The translations under genes and the position numbers were made by a program. The notes under the pieces are model-generated. The model did no database searches and had not been told where the DNA came from. It worked only from the letters and a program-made list of their open reading frames with translations. Positions 47,232 through 57,962 of a stretch of DNA of 64,000 bases are shown in pieces. Every line of letters begins with the position of its first letter. Position 1 is the stretch's first letter. Source of the DNA: Bacteroidota bacterium (lineage in GTDB: Bacteria > Bacteroidota > Rhodothermia > Rhodothermales > UBA10348); NCBI GenBank assembly GCA_029262835.1, contig JAJCYQ010000011.1, forward strand, positions 1,907 through 65,906, written 5' to 3'.

Positions 47232-49823
47232 ATGGAACACGACCTCCCACGCATTCTCCCGATCAATATTGAGGACGAAATGAAGTCCTCCTACATCGAT
47301 TACTCGATGTCGGTCATTGTGAGTCGGGCGCTCCCTGATGTTCGGGATGGCCTCAAGCCCGTCCACCGCCGGGTGCTCTTCGGCATGAACGAACTCGGCA
47401 TTGGATCCGGATCGGCGTACAAGAAAAGCGCACGTATCGTGGGTGAAGTGCTGGGTAAATATCACCCCCATGGTGATTCTGCGGTCTACGACACCATGGT
47501 TCGCATGGCGCAGGAGTTCTCCATGCGGTACCCACTTGTCGACGGACAAGGTAACTTCGGCTCGGTGGACGGCGACTCGGCTGCCGCGATGAGGTATACC
47601 GAGGCCCGGATGCAGAAGCTGTCCGAGGAACTGTTGCGTGATCTGGGCAAGGAGACGGTCGACTTCCAGGAAAACTTCGACGGTTCACTCGAAGAGCCCC
47701 AGGTACTGCCAGCAGCCGTGCCCAACCTGCTCATCAATGGTACGGACGGTATCGCCGTAGGCATGGCGACCAAAATACCGCCACACAACCTCGCTGAAGC
47801 CATCGACGCTACGGTTGCCTATGTGGACAATCGGGATATCACGATAGACGAATTAGTGGAAATCATGCCGGCGCCGGACTTTCCGACGGGTGGCACCATT
47901 TACGGGCATACCGAAGTGCGGCAGGCATACCACACGGGGCGTGGCCGGGTTGTAATGCGGGCCAAATTCCATGAAGAGGAGGTCCGCCCTGGAAAACTCG
48001 CACTCATTGCCACTGAAATTCCCTATCAGGTCAACAAGGCCACGCTGATCGAGAAGATAGCACTGCTGGCCCGCGACAAAAAGATTGATGGCATTTCCGA
48101 CCTTCGAGACGAGAGTGACCGCGATGGCATGCGTATCGTCATTGAACTGCGCAAGGATGCCGTCCCCATGGTTGTCCAGAACCAGCTGTACAAGTTTACG
48201 CCGCTGCAATCCACGTTCGGTATGAACATGGTAGCGCTCGTCAAAGGGCGCCCGGAGACGCTGAATCTGAAGCAGATGATTGGTCACTACGTTGACCATC
48301 GACATGAAGTCGTGGTGCGGCGTACGCGTTACGACCTGCGAAAGGCAGAGGACCGGGCCCACATTCTGGAAGGGTTGACGATTGCGCTCGACCACCTGGA
48401 CGCTGTCATCACGATCATCCGGCACTCGGACGATACGGAAGCGGCCAGGATCAACCTCATGGCGGGGACCTACCCATCCAGGCTTACGGCGGCCCAACTG
48501 GAGCGGCTGGGGCTTCCAACCAACGGCGACCCCGACTTTTCGCTGACCGAGGTGCAGGCCAAGGCCATACTCGAACTCCGACTCAACCGGCTCACAGGAC
48601 TTGAGCGTCAGAAAATCGAGGACGAGTACAAGGCGGTTATGGCTGAGATATCCAGGCTGCGCGAAATCCTGGGAAGCCGCGAATTGCAGATGTCCATCAT
48701 CCGCTCGGAACTCCTGGAGATGAAGGAAAAGTACGCGGATGACCGACGCACAGAGATTGACTACGTTGGTGGCGGAGATATCTTCATCGAAGACCTGATC
48801 GAAGACGAGCAGATGATCGTTTCGATCTCGCATCAGGGACTCATAAAGCGCACGGCATCGTCCGAGTATGAGGCCCAGGGACGCGGTGGCGTTGGCCGCC
48901 GGGGCAGTGCCATGCGCGACGAGGACTTCGTGGAACATCTGTTCGTAGGCAGGAACCACGATTACCTGCTGTTCTTTACCGACCAGGGCCAGTGTTTCTG
49001 GCTACGGATTTACGAAATTCCCGAAGGCACCCGAACAAGCAAAGGGCGATCCATCCGGAATGTCATCCAGATTGGACCAGACGACCGCATACGTGCCGTC
49101 CTGCCCGTTTCCAAGAATAATTTCCGGGATGATGACTACCTGAAGAGCCACTACGTCGTCATGTCCACGCTGCGAGGACAGGTCAAGAAAACGAGTCTTG
49201 AGCAGTTCAGCCGCCCACGTGCCAACGGTATCATTGCCATTGCCATCGATGAGAATGACGAACTGTTTGACGCCGGACTCACCAACGGCAGTGCGCACAT
49301 CGTACTCGCCTCCTCGGGCGGCAAATCCATCCGGTTCGATGAATCGGATGCGCGGCCCATGGGACGCAAAACCCGCGGCGTCCGTGGGATTGCGCTTGGC
49401 AAGAACGAACGGGTGGTCGGCATGGTCATTGTCCAGGACGATTCGCGTGACATTCTGACCGTCAGCGCACACGGCTATGGAAAACGGTCGGCACTCGATG
49501 AGTACCGGGTCCAGTCGCGCGGCGGAAAGGGCATTTTGACGATGAAAACGACGTCCAAAACCGGCCCACTCGTGTCCCTGAAAGGCGTACATGAAGAGGA
49601 GCACCTCATGATCTCGACCGTCAACGGCATCATGATCCGGATGGAGATTTCCACGATCTCCCGGCTTGGACGCAACACACAGGGCGTACGCATAATAAAA
49701 ATGCGCGATGGCGACTCGATCGCCGACGTAACCCGGATTGTCGTGGAGGATACCACAGGCGACAGCCCTGAAGACGCGCCGGAGACTATGGTAGATCCTG
49801 CTACCGATCCGACGTCAGATTAA
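47232..49823 (+). CDS. gyrA: DNA gyrase subunit A
   Basis: [45 protein letters not shown] (catalytic Tyr), C-terminal beta-pinwheel repeats. Normal length, no intein. Confidence 0.97.
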   Translation: MEHDLPRILPINIEDEMKSSYIDYSMSVIVSRALPDVRDGLKPVHRRVLFGMNELGIGSGSAYKKSARIVGEVLGKYHPHGDSAVYDTMVRMAQEFSMRYPLVDGQGNFGSVDGDSAAAMRYTEARMQKLSEELLRDLGKETVDFQENFDGSLEEPQVLPAAVPNLLINGTDGIAVGMATKIPPHNLAEAIDATVAYVDNRDITIDELVEIMPAPDFPTGGTIYGHTEVRQAYHTGRGRVVMRAKFHEEEVRPGKLALIATEIPYQVNKATLIEKIALLARDKKIDGISDLRDESDRDGMRIVIELRKDAVPMVVQNQLYKFTPLQSTFGMNMVALVKGRPETLNLKQMIGHYVDHRHEVVVRRTRYDLRKAEDRAHILEGLTIALDHLDAVITIIRHSDDTEAARINLMAGTYPSRLTAAQLERLGLPTNGDPDFSLTEVQAKAILELRLNRLTGLERQKIEDEYKAVMAEISRLREILGSRELQMSIIRSELLEMKEKYADDRRTEIDYVGGGDIFIEDLIEDEQMIVSISHQGLIKRTASSEYEAQGRGGVGRRGSAMRDEDFVEHLFVGRNHDYLLFFTDQGQCFWLRIYEIPEGTRTSKGRSIRNVIQIGPDDRIRAVLPVSKNNFRDDDYLKSHYVVMSTLRGQVKKTSLEQFSRPRANGIIAIAIDENDELFDAGLTNGSAHIVLASSGGKSIRFDESDARPMGRKTRGVRGIALGKNERVVGMVIVQDDSRDILTVSAHGYGKRSALDEYRVQSRGGKGILTMKTTSKTGPLVSLKGVHEEEHLMISTVNGIMIRMEISTISRLGRNTQGVRIIKMRDGDSIADVTRIVVEDTTGDSPEDAPETMVDPATDPTSD

Positions 49824-49902
49824 CGCCAGAGAAGTGGCCGTAAACAATCCGGCCTCTCAACCGTAGACCAGCGCTCAACCCCAAAAAACACGATAAAGGC
49901 CC

Positions 49903-50673
49903 ATGCATCGCATCATACTTGTCCCACTTTTCTTCCTCCTGGCGCTTCCCACGCTGGCACAGGATCTCACCTCACCCCGTGCCATCATTGAAGGCAACCT
50001 GGAAGCCACCGGTGGTAAGGAGGCGTGGCAGAGCGTGAGTGACATGCACATGAAAGCCAATATTGGCATCGTGATGGCTATGGGCGAAATCAAGATCTCG
50101 CTCGAATCCCACAGTACTACATCCGGTCACATCTATGGTCTGGTCAACCTCGTAGACGGTCCCGAAGGTATTCCCGCCGAAGCCGTTCGCCAGGAAGTCT
50201 ATGTCACACCCGATGGTGGATGGGTCAAGAGTGCCCAGGGCCAACAGGACATCAACGACATGCCGGCGGCAGCGCGTGATGGACTCCGCAGCCAGTTTGC
50301 TGCCAAGCCTGAATTGGCTTACGTCGAAATGGCCGACTCCCTGCTCTCGCTCGCTGGCATCCGTGACATGCCCGACGGTTCTCGTGCCTACGAAGTCACA
50401 ATCAACATGGGCGGACAGGAGACGACAGTCCTCTACGACGTCGAATCACTCTACCAGGTAGGGCAGGAAGCGACGACTCCCATGGGAGCCATCACCATGT
50501 ACAGCAGTGATTTCCGTGACGTCGGCAATGGCCTGATCGTCTCATTCAAACAGGAAGGTGATGCCGGTGAGGCCGGCTCTCAGACCGTCGAGGTAGAAAC
50601 CTTCGAAACAAATACCGGGTTGACGGCCGACGACATTGCCAAAATGTCCCGGCCAAAAGTCTCTGTCGAGTAG
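49903..50673 (+). CDS. secreted hypothetical protein (possibly LolA/outer-membrane-lipoprotein-sorting-like fold)
   Basis: Signal peptide MHRIILVPLFFLLALPTLAQ, 256 aa, beta-rich. The family call is tentative. Confidence 0.6.
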   Translation: MHRIILVPLFFLLALPTLAQDLTSPRAIIEGNLEATGGKEAWQSVSDMHMKANIGIVMAMGEIKISLESHSTTSGHIYGLVNLVDGPEGIPAEAVRQEVYVTPDGGWVKSAQGQQDINDMPAAARDGLRSQFAAKPELAYVEMADSLLSLAGIRDMPDGSRAYEVTINMGGQETTVLYDVESLYQVGQEATTPMGAITMYSSDFRDVGNGLIVSFKQEGDAGEAGSQTVEVETFETNTGLTADDIAKMSRPKVSVE

Positions 50674-50683
50674 AGTCGGCCCA

Positions 50684-50707
50684 AGGGCGCTCTCTTCGCG
50701 CGCTTTT
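50684..50707 (+). terminator. weak candidate intrinsic terminator
   Basis: AGGGCGC-tctcttc-GCGCGCT (7-bp stem with one mismatch) followed by TTT, 11 nt after the stop at 50673. Confidence 0.3.
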
Positions 50708-50709
50708 AG

Positions 50710-50974
50710 GGGCTGTTAACACTACGCCAGAGCCCACTGACGGTAGCCAATTTCGTGTCCGCCAAGGCGTACGAACCGAAGTGTAGCAGCGTTACTCGAG
50801 GTGAGGACAACGATGGTGGACGCGAAATTGGCCCCGTCCCACAGGGTAGCGTCGAAAATGGCGTTTCTCTGCGTTGTTCGTCGTTCGAATGACGCTGCCA
50901 TACTTCGCTCCTCACGCCTTGATAAACGCCATTTTCGTCTGCTACAATGGGCTCTGACGTAGTGTTAACAGCCC
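50710..50974. repeat. ~265-bp imperfect palindrome with 17-bp perfect terminal inverted repeats (MITE-like element or structured RNA)
   Basis: GGGCTGTTAACACTACG (50710-50726) is the exact reverse complement of CGTAGTGTTAACAGCCC (50958-50974). After one mismatch, 9 more bp pair (50728-36 with 50948-56). Arm segments 50777-50799 and 50885-50907 pair at 19 of 23 Watson-Crick positions plus 2 G-T. Confidence 0.7.
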
Positions 50975-51013
50975 TTCTTCCTTTTTGTCTGATTTCAGGC
51001 CCTCGTTGTGCGA

Positions 51014-52411
51014 TCAGCCGTCAGTCAGCGCATCCATCAGATCGTCGTTCTGGCGGTGAGGGCGATATTCCGAAGCCACCTTGGAGAGTGCTTGCTTCAG
51101 CACTTCCAGCCCTTCGTCAATCTTCTCTGGTGTTATCGAAAGCGGACTCCGGAAGCGAATGGACCGGTCGCCACATCCAAGAATGACCACGCCTTCGTCG
51201 TAGCACGCATCGAGCACGCGGTCGCGAAACTCGCCCGTCGGCACGTCGATGGCACAGAACAGACCCCGACCACGGACATTGCTGATGACCGGCATGTTCT
51301 CGGCCATCTCGTGCAGCCTTGATTGCAGGTGATTTCCCACCGTTCGGGCATTGTCGACCAGGTTGTCCTCCTCGATGATTTCCAGAATGCGGTCGAAGCG
51401 GACCATGTCTACGAGGTTTCCACCCCATGTCGAGTTGATCCGGCTACCCATTTCAAACACGTGATCATCCACTTCGTGGAGCCGTCGTCCCGCCAGAATA
51501 CCACACACCTGGGTCTTCTTGCCAAATGAAATGATATCTGGTTCAACGCCGATGTCCTGGTGGGCCCAGAAAGCACCCGTTGCGCCGACCCCCGTCTGCA
51601 CCTCATCAAAAATGAGCAATGCATCGTTTTCCATGGCCAGATCCTTGAGGGCCTGCAGGAATTCCTTTCGGAAATGATTGTCCCCTCCCTCCCCTTGGAT
51701 GGGCTCAATGATGATACACGCGATCTCGTCCACGAACGTCCGGAAGTAGTGTTTGGCCTGCTTGAGCGCCAGTTCTTCGTGCGCCCGCACCGCGTCGACA
51801 TGCTTTTCGAGCGGAAAGATCATCTTGGGATTCGTAATCCGTGGCCAGTCGAACTTCGGGAAGTACATGGTCTTCCGTGGATCGGCCGTATTCGTAAGCG
51901 ACAGCGTGTAGCCTGTTCTCCCATGGAAAGCCTGGTCGAAGTGAAGAACTTTGTGGCCGACTTCACGCCGATACCCTTTCTGGAAGTTCTTGCGCACTTT
52001 CCAGTCAAACGCCGCTTTCAACGCATTCTCAACCGCCAGCGCACCGCCCGATACGAAAAAAGCATGGGGCAGATAGTCTGGCTTGGCGACGCGCCCAAAC
52101 GTATCCAGAAAGCGGGCCATGTGTACCGTCCGAATATCCGAATTGGTCACCTTGTTGAGCGCCGCCTCCTGGAGTCGATCAAGAAAATCCTGGTCGGACT
52201 TCATTTTCGGGTGGTTCATACCAATGGCGTTGGATGCATAAAACCCGAAAAAGTCCAGAAAGGACCGATTCGCTAACTCGTCGTGCAGCTGGACGCCACC
52301 CGAGTTTGTCATTCCGAGCACCATGGGCATCATGCCACGTGCATTGGTGTGCTCCATGAAAATCTGCTCTACCTGATGGGGCGTAATGCGGCCGCTTTTT
52401 CCTGAATCCAT
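51014..52411 (-). CDS. lat: L-lysine 6-transaminase (class III PLP aminotransferase)
   Basis: 465 aa from ATG 52411. [51 protein letters not shown], and [11 protein letters not shown] (PLP Lys), which fits LAT as I recall it. The upstream 114 codons in the ORF track have no homology-like features. Confidence 0.8.
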   Translation of the reverse strand: MDSGKSGRITPHQVEQIFMEHTNARGMMPMVLGMTNSGGVQLHDELANRSFLDFFGFYASNAIGMNHPKMKSDQDFLDRLQEAALNKVTNSDIRTVHMARFLDTFGRVAKPDYLPHAFFVSGGALAVENALKAAFDWKVRKNFQKGYRREVGHKVLHFDQAFHGRTGYTLSLTNTADPRKTMYFPKFDWPRITNPKMIFPLEKHVDAVRAHEELALKQAKHYFRTFVDEIACIIIEPIQGEGGDNHFRKEFLQALKDLAMENDALLIFDEVQTGVGATGAFWAHQDIGVEPDIISFGKKTQVCGILAGRRLHEVDDHVFEMGSRINSTWGGNLVDMVRFDRILEIIEEDNLVDNARTVGNHLQSRLHEMAENMPVISNVRGRGLFCAIDVPTGEFRDRVLDACYDEGVVILGCGDRSIRFRSPLSITPEKIDEGLEVLKQALSKVASEYRPHRQNDDLMDALTDG

Positions 52412-52589
52412 GTACGTACCTTTTTCGTCTGAAGTGCTCGTATCGATGCGCGCCAAGATAGACACCGCAAACGGAAACTTCATTGCCTCTGGAAGCGCTT
52501 CGGGGGATCTTAACCCAAACCGACCGGTTTCCACGGCGTTGCGAAAAGAGAATGGCGCCAGGCGTGCGCCGCAAAGGACCAGACCCCAC

Positions 52590-53561
52590 ATGTCAGACAA
52601 CAAGAAACAACGACCCGCATTTCGCCCCGGCCAGATCGAGCTCGGTACGGCGGCCTCAGGTGATGGCGACTCGGGTATGATGGAGCTTCCGGTCATCGAT
52701 GCTTCTGACTCGGTCAGCGAACGGGGAAAGCGTCCAGACTGGCTGCGCGTCAAACTTCCTTACGGCGAGACGTACAGGAATCTGGTGGACATCATCGAAT
52801 CCAACGATCTCCACACGGTCTGTCAAAGCGCCCGCTGCCCCAATATGGGCGAGTGCTGGACGGCGGGTACCGCCACATTCATGATTCTCGGGAACGTCTG
52901 TACCCGCAGCTGCGGGTTCTGTGCCGTCATGACAGGCCGGCCCGACGAAGGACTGGACTGGGACGAGCCCAACCGCGTAGCGAACGCGGCCAAGCTCATG
53001 GGCGTCAAGCACGCCGTCATCACCTCGGTCAACCGTGACGAGCGCAAGGACGGAGGCGCGCCGATTTTTGCAGCCACCATTGAGAAGCTCCGCGAGGAAA
53101 TTCCGGGTGTCACCATTGAAGTCCTGATTCCTGATTTCCGGGGATTGTGGGATGCCCTCCAGATCGTACTCGATGTGCGTCCGGAAATCCTGAATCACAA
53201 CGTTGAAACCGTACCCAGCCTCTACCGCAAAGTGCGCCCCCAGGCCATCTACGAACGCTCCCTCGAGGTGCTCCGGCGTTCAAAGGACCAGGGGCTGCGT
53301 ACGAAGAGTGGTATCATGGTCGGTCTGGGAGAGAAGGACGAGGAAGTCCTTGCCCTCATGGATGACTTTGTGGATGCAGGCGTCGACGTCATGACCATCG
53401 GACAATATCTCCAGCCGACGCGCATGCACTTGCCGGTCGTCGAATTTGTCGATCCCGACAAATTCAAATGGTTCAAGCAGGTCGGTGAGTCCAAAGGCAT
53501 AGAACACGTTGAGAGCGGCCCATTGGTACGCTCGTCCTACCACGCCGAACGGCACCTGTAG
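52590..53561 (+). CDS. lipA: lipoyl synthase
   Basis: [17 protein letters not shown], radical-SAM [17 protein letters not shown]. Start at ATG 52590. Confidence 0.95.
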   Translation: MSDNKKQRPAFRPGQIELGTAASGDGDSGMMELPVIDASDSVSERGKRPDWLRVKLPYGETYRNLVDIIESNDLHTVCQSARCPNMGECWTAGTATFMILGNVCTRSCGFCAVMTGRPDEGLDWDEPNRVANAAKLMGVKHAVITSVNRDERKDGGAPIFAATIEKLREEIPGVTIEVLIPDFRGLWDALQIVLDVRPEILNHNVETVPSLYRKVRPQAIYERSLEVLRRSKDQGLRTKSGIMVGLGEKDEEVLALMDDFVDAGVDVMTIGQYLQPTRMHLPVVEFVDPDKFKWFKQVGESKGIEHVESGPLVRSSYHAERHL

Positions 53562-53576
53562 AAGCGGTCGAAGACG

Positions 53577-54368
53577 ATGTCGGGTGCCGACACATGGTCC
53601 GCTGAATGGCGCAGGCTGCGCCGTGCCATCGGAAGGCTCGATGCGCAGACGGTCACGGTTCTCATCGTAGCCGCCCTCGTCGTCATCCTGCAGATGCAGT
53701 TTGGTGACCGCCGGTGGTTTCGCCTCGAAATCGCGCCCCTGCTCGGCGTCGGAAATCCCGGACTCTGGTCCTGGGGGTGGTGGTTCGTACTGCAGGGTGT
53801 GCTCGGATTCGTTCTGCCTGTATTACTTCTGAAGTTCGTGTTCAGGCAGTCGCTTCGCGACATGGGACTCGGCTGGGGCGACTCCCGTCTGGCGTGGCAG
53901 ATCACGGCCATCTACCTGCCCATCGTAATTGTCGGAACATGGATTCTCTCGGCGGGCAGCGATTTCCAGTCCCAATACCCCCATTACGCCCCGGCAGCCC
54001 ATAATTGGCGCTACTTTGCCATTTATGAGGGCCTTTTCCTCTTCTACTGGGTGGGTTGGGAGTACCTTTGGCGGGGTTTCGTGCTTTTCGGGACACGGCG
54101 AACGTTCGGTGTCTACGCGATTTTCGTACAGGCCATGCCGTTCGCCATCCTGCACATGAACAAACCTCTCCCTGAAGCACTGCTCTCCATCGTCGGTGGC
54201 GTTGCGCTCGGCGCCCTCGTGTGGCGGACGCGATCGTTCTGGATCGCCGTTCCCATCCATGCCGCGCAGATGCTGATTCTCGACTTCTGGGCGACTCTTC
54301 GCATTCGGAGCGGCGGCGCCAGCGGCCTGGGATGGGATACGCTCAAGCAGGTTTTTTCCACCCTTTGA
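53577..54368 (+). CDS. CPBP-family intramembrane glutamic endopeptidase (CAAX protease/Abi fold)
   Basis: Multi-TM. Motif 1 WEYLWRGF (EExxxR variant), motif 2 FAILH, motif 3 HAAQ. Confidence 0.75.
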   Translation: MSGADTWSAEWRRLRRAIGRLDAQTVTVLIVAALVVILQMQFGDRRWFRLEIAPLLGVGNPGLWSWGWWFVLQGVLGFVLPVLLLKFVFRQSLRDMGLGWGDSRLAWQITAIYLPIVIVGTWILSAGSDFQSQYPHYAPAAHNWRYFAIYEGLFLFYWVGWEYLWRGFVLFGTRRTFGVYAIFVQAMPFAILHMNKPLPEALLSIVGGVALGALVWRTRSFWIAVPIHAAQMLILDFWATLRIRSGGASGLGWDTLKQVFSTL

Positions 54369-54400
54369 GAGCGTGTTCCTCGGCACTCCCAAGGCTCCAG

Positions 54401-55339
54401 TCAGAACGAGTAGGTACCGGTAAGTATATGCGCCGCACCACCGAACCCCTCCTCAAACGGTAGGAGCGCGTAGTCGAATACGAGGCCGGCTGCCTGCAGG
54501 CCGGCACCGAAGGACCAGTTGCGGAGGTCGTCATTCGACAGGTAGCCGACGCGGACGACAACGGTTTCCAGAACAATGCCCGACATACCGGTGTGCACCT
54601 GTGTCCTGTCCCGTGCCGAGTTGTGCGACACCTCAGCATAGAGGTCTGTATCGAAAAGGAGCGTAGAGTCAAACGCATTCACAATCCGGAACGGGGACAC
54701 GGATGCGCCCACGCGAAAGACGCGCGGCAACTTGGTCGGCTCCACGTTCAGCGTCCCCATCTCGCCCACATTCGCGAGCGCAACACCAAGACGCACATCG
54801 TCGTCCATGAACGATGCCTGTAGACCGCCATCGAATGCGTAGCCGAAGGACCGGCTCGAAGCCAACTGCTCTGAGAGCACCTTGAATCCGCCCCCAATCC
54901 GTAGTTGACTTCCCAGGCGCCGCCCAAGCCCTACACCGATGGCCAGGAATTCCGCCTCGTCTGCACCCGGCGCTACGGGACCACTATCCTGCGCCCCCCC
55001 GTCACCGAAACGCGTCGTTGAAAGAAACGCCCCGCCCCCCCACTCTTTTCCGAGACCAACAGCGGCCAGGGCTCCATAGGTGCGCACGTCCGAAATCCAA
55101 ATATGGTGCGATGCAGCGACCTGTGCTCCCTCAAAACCGCCGAGACCCGCAGGATTCCAGAAGTTCGCCAGTGCGCCAGTGGCCGTTGCTGCTGCCTGGT
55201 TGCCGAGCGCAAGCGACTCGGCATCGAGTCCAACGGCCAGGAAGGCGAGGCCGGAGTCCTGCGCACCGGCGGTCGGAGCGAGCACCGTCAAAACGGTGGC
55301 AAGAAGGGCTATCTCGAATATTCGGACGAGGTGCCTCAA
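54401..55339 (-). CDS. PorV/PorQ-family outer-membrane beta-barrel, paralogue 2
   Basis: Signal peptide ...LAPTAGAQ, then GLAFLAVGLDAESLALGNQAAATATGALANFWNPAGLG (PorV/PorQ N-terminal motif). Ends ...LTGTYSF. Proposed TTG start at 55339 overlaps the upstream stop as TTGA. The ORF-track start at 55393 would overlap by 58 nt. Confidence 0.75.
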   Translation of the reverse strand: MRHLVRIFEIALLATVLTVLAPTAGAQDSGLAFLAVGLDAESLALGNQAAATATGALANFWNPAGLGGFEGAQVAASHHIWISDVRTYGALAAVGLGKEWGGGAFLSTTRFGDGGAQDSGPVAPGADEAEFLAIGVGLGRRLGSQLRIGGGFKVLSEQLASSRSFGYAFDGGLQASFMDDDVRLGVALANVGEMGTLNVEPTKLPRVFRVGASVSPFRIVNAFDSTLLFDTDLYAEVSHNSARDRTQVHTGMSGIVLETVVVRVGYLSNDDLRNWSFGAGLQAAGLVFDYALLPFEEGFGGAAHILTGTYSF

Positions 55340-56364
55340 AGGTCCAGAATAACAGTGAACAGGTTCAGCCGCCCTCCCGCCTGTGCTTCCCACGCGAACA
55401 CATATTCGGCGCGGAGGTTGAGTTCACCTACAGGTATATCGGCTCGAAAGCCGAGCGATGGACGCACGGAGTCAAAGGCATCCTCCCCAAGTTGCTCTAG
55501 CCCGGTCCGAAGGGTAAATCCAGGAGCTACGATGTACTCGGCGCCATAGCGCAGGCGCCACTCCTGGAGCGTGATGTCATCGTTGCGTTCCGTCTGCACG
55601 ACCGAACCGCCGAAAAGCCGGGTTTCCCGGATGCGAACATCAACGTTTGTCGTCCGTGACTCGAGTTCAGACAGCAGGTGCAGCCTTCCTTCCATGCGGG
55701 TATGCGAAACGCCCAGGCGGAGGCGTCTCGGAAAATTGTCCGTGACACTGCGCCCACTCGATGAAATTGAGGAAGAATCCCACGTGTATCGGGCCAGGAG
55801 ATCATCCACTACGAAGCCGAGGCCCCAATTCTCCCGCAATCGGTAACTGAACCCGACATCAATGCCTACTGATCGGGCCGGAGACAACCCTTCGAACAGA
55901 TCACTCCGGAAAAACTGGAAGGACAGGCCACCGGCAAAGCGCTCACTGAAGTTCAGTCCAAACGCGAGGAACCCGGCATACTCGTCGACGGACAGATCCC
56001 CGGTGTGGAATCCGCTGTTGTCCCGTCCGTCAATATCCGTAACTGCGGCATGAATGAGCCCTGCGGCAAACCCGGCCCGTCCCTGAAGAGGAGCGCCAAG
56101 TTGCAGGTATTGCACGGACCGGTCGAAGGACAACAGTCCTGCCGTCGCAGCCAGATGTTGCGACCTGGTCCTCGGCGCGTGCGCTGGGTTGTACCAGGGC
56201 GACGCCGTACCCGAGACGTCACCAGCCAGTGCATTGCCGAGCCCAATGCCGCGTGCACCAAATCCGATCCGCGTGAAGGCCCCGGCATGCTGGGCCCTTG
56301 CCGCCGGTACCGTGGCCAACAGGAACGCTGCTGCCATCAGACCCCATGTACAAAATCGCCTCAT
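55336..56364 (-). CDS. PorV/PorQ-family outer-membrane beta-barrel, paralogue 1
   Basis: Signal peptide ...VPAARAQ, then FTRIGFGARGIGLGNALAGDVSGTASPWYNPAHA and alternating beta-strand pattern. Confidence 0.78.
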   Translation of the reverse strand: MRRFCTWGLMAAAFLLATVPAARAQHAGAFTRIGFGARGIGLGNALAGDVSGTASPWYNPAHAPRTRSQHLAATAGLLSFDRSVQYLQLGAPLQGRAGFAAGLIHAAVTDIDGRDNSGFHTGDLSVDEYAGFLAFGLNFSERFAGGLSFQFFRSDLFEGLSPARSVGIDVGFSYRLRENWGLGFVVDDLLARYTWDSSSISSSGRSVTDNFPRRLRLGVSHTRMEGRLHLLSELESRTTNVDVRIRETRLFGGSVVQTERNDDITLQEWRLRYGAEYIVAPGFTLRTGLEQLGEDAFDSVRPSLGFRADIPVGELNLRAEYVFAWEAQAGGRLNLFTVILDL

Positions 56365-57962
56365 TCAATCACCAGAATCTTGCCTCGGAACCGGTCACTT
56401 CCGGTCTCGATCTCATAGAAATACACGCCATTCGCGACGCGCGTGCCACGATCATCCTGCCCGTCCCAAACGAATTCATTCGTTCCCGAAATGACGGGCG
56501 CCGAAACGGTTCGAACCGCATTCATAGCGTAATCGAATATGCGGAGGTCGCCCTGTCCATCCCGGTCCGACTCAAACTTGACGCGGATGAAGACATCTGC
56601 ACTGGGCGAAAACGGATTCGGGTAGGCAAACGTATCGACGTCCGGGACGCGGCCCGTCGGCACATCGGGATTGACAGGGACATCGGTTCGGAAGATCGTC
56701 CACGTCTGCCCCCTGTCGCTCGACTTGAGCAGTCCATCGGACGTACCAACCCACAGCGATCCGCTTCTGGTCACCTCGACAGAGAACACGCTCGATCCTG
56801 GTCGCACAAGACGCGAAGGGTCACTGCGGTCCCTGAAGTCAGAGATTGTAAACCACGTACTGCCCTGATTCTCACTGATGAAAAGTCCATTGTCACCAGC
56901 GGCATACACGCGGTCTTCATCGAAGGCAAAATCAAAAATACGCTCTCCGGCCAACGCCTGCCTGAACGTCGCGCCGCCATCGGCCGTCACGGTTACACCG
57001 AACTGACCGTTGATGCCGCCGCCTACATCGCCGGTGTTCCAGGTCGCTGCCCAGATCACGGGCCCCTGCTCTGTGGCCTGTTCTTCGATGGATATCACCC
57101 AGTTTCCCGTCAGTGAGGATGTTGTCCCATCGGTCTTGAAACGCTGCCAGGAGTGCCCCCCATCGGTGGAGCGGTTCAGGCCGCCCGCGGTGCCGGCCCA
57201 GACGGTACCCGTCGCATCGACAAGGACCGAAAAGCCCATGTGATTGAGCGATCCCGTTCCGGCGAGTTGGGGTTCGACGGTGAATTGGTGGATGGAGTCG
57301 GGAGAGACGAAATCGAGATTGTCCGGCGGCAGGACCACACGCGACCAGGAGCGACCCAGGTCCTCCGAACGGCGAATGCCACTGGCCCACCCGGCGACCC
57401 ACACCGAACCGGACGCCAGGTCCACATCAATATCGAAGGGAGGGCTCTGCTGCGGCGCAATGATCGGGAGCGCCGGGAGCGTGTTGATCCCAAACTCGAT
57501 GGTGGTGTCGTCCGGCTTGTCCAGCTGCGGAAATCGAAACCGGAAGGTATTTCCACCGTCCTCGCTGATCAGAAAACCGGCAGCCGTCTGGACACCGTCT
57601 CCACTGTTGTTGTCGGAGCGTCCAATTCCGGCTGCAACAACATCCCCTTCGACATCAATCGAAAACAGGCGATTGATGGTGCCGAACAGGGAGTCGCTCT
57701 GAGCCCGGTGGAACGTGGCCCCGTCGTCGACCGTCAGGTTCAGGAAGGGGCCGATCCAGACCGAGTCTCCCCGCACCATCAGATTGGCAATGCTGTTGTT
57801 GAGTACGCCGAACTCACTGACCGGCAGGTCCACAGTTTGGGCCTTCATCGGCGTGGACGCCACGGCCATCCAAAAGGCAAGCACCGCGAGACCTGTTGAC
57901 ATCCGCATGCTCCACGCCGAATGGACCATGTGCCGGCTGGGCGTCGTGTTGATGGCCATCAT
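56361..57962 (-). CDS. secreted Asp-box (BNR) beta-propeller protein with T9SS/FlgD-Ig-type C-terminal sorting domain
   Basis: Seven Asp-box-like repeats: VDDGATF, SEDGGNTF, SEDLGRSW, STDGGHSW, TADGGATF, SENQGSTW, SSDRGQTW. C-terminus is YPNPFSPSADVFIRVKF...LRIFDYAMNAVRTV...WDGQDDRGTRVANGVYFYEIE...GKILVIE. The signal peptide starts around Met19-21, so the true start may be 57908. Confidence 0.82.
   Translation of the reverse strand: MMAINTTPSRHMVHSAWSMRMSTGLAVLAFWMAVASTPMKAQTVDLPVSEFGVLNNSIANLMVRGDSVWIGPFLNLTVDDGATFHRAQSDSLFGTINRLFSIDVEGDVVAAGIGRSDNNSGDGVQTAAGFLISEDGGNTFRFRFPQLDKPDDTTIEFGINTLPALPIIAPQQSPPFDIDVDLASGSVWVAGWASGIRRSEDLGRSWSRVVLPPDNLDFVSPDSIHQFTVEPQLAGTGSLNHMGFSVLVDATGTVWAGTAGGLNRSTDGGHSWQRFKTDGTTSSLTGNWVISIEEQATEQGPVIWAATWNTGDVGGGINGQFGVTVTADGGATFRQALAGERIFDFAFDEDRVYAAGDNGLFISENQGSTWFTISDFRDRSDPSRLVRPGSSVFSVEVTRSGSLWVGTSDGLLKSSDRGQTWTIFRTDVPVNPDVPTGRVPDVDTFAYPNPFSPSADVFIRVKFESDRDGQGDLRIFDYAMNAVRTVSAPVISGTNEFVWDGQDDRGTRVANGVYFYEIETGSDRFRGKILVIE

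Noticed and set aside
47232-49823. Checked gyrA, and also dnaG and ppk1, for inteins or insertions
   Set aside because: Lengths and collinearity with canonical proteins are normal, and no extra domain is present.
50706-50915. 69-aa minus-strand ORF inside the palindromic element
   Set aside because: It has a low-complexity translation, spans the symmetry centre of the palindrome, and has no start context. It is treated as non-coding.
50708-50976. Retron msr/msd or 6S RNA interpretation of the long hairpin
   Set aside because: There is no reverse transcriptase gene adjacent, which a retron needs. The rod is longer than a typical 6S RNA and lacks an obvious single large central bubble. The perfect 17-bp termini look more like DNA-level inverted repeats. 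It is kept as an open finding, but these specific labels are not supported.
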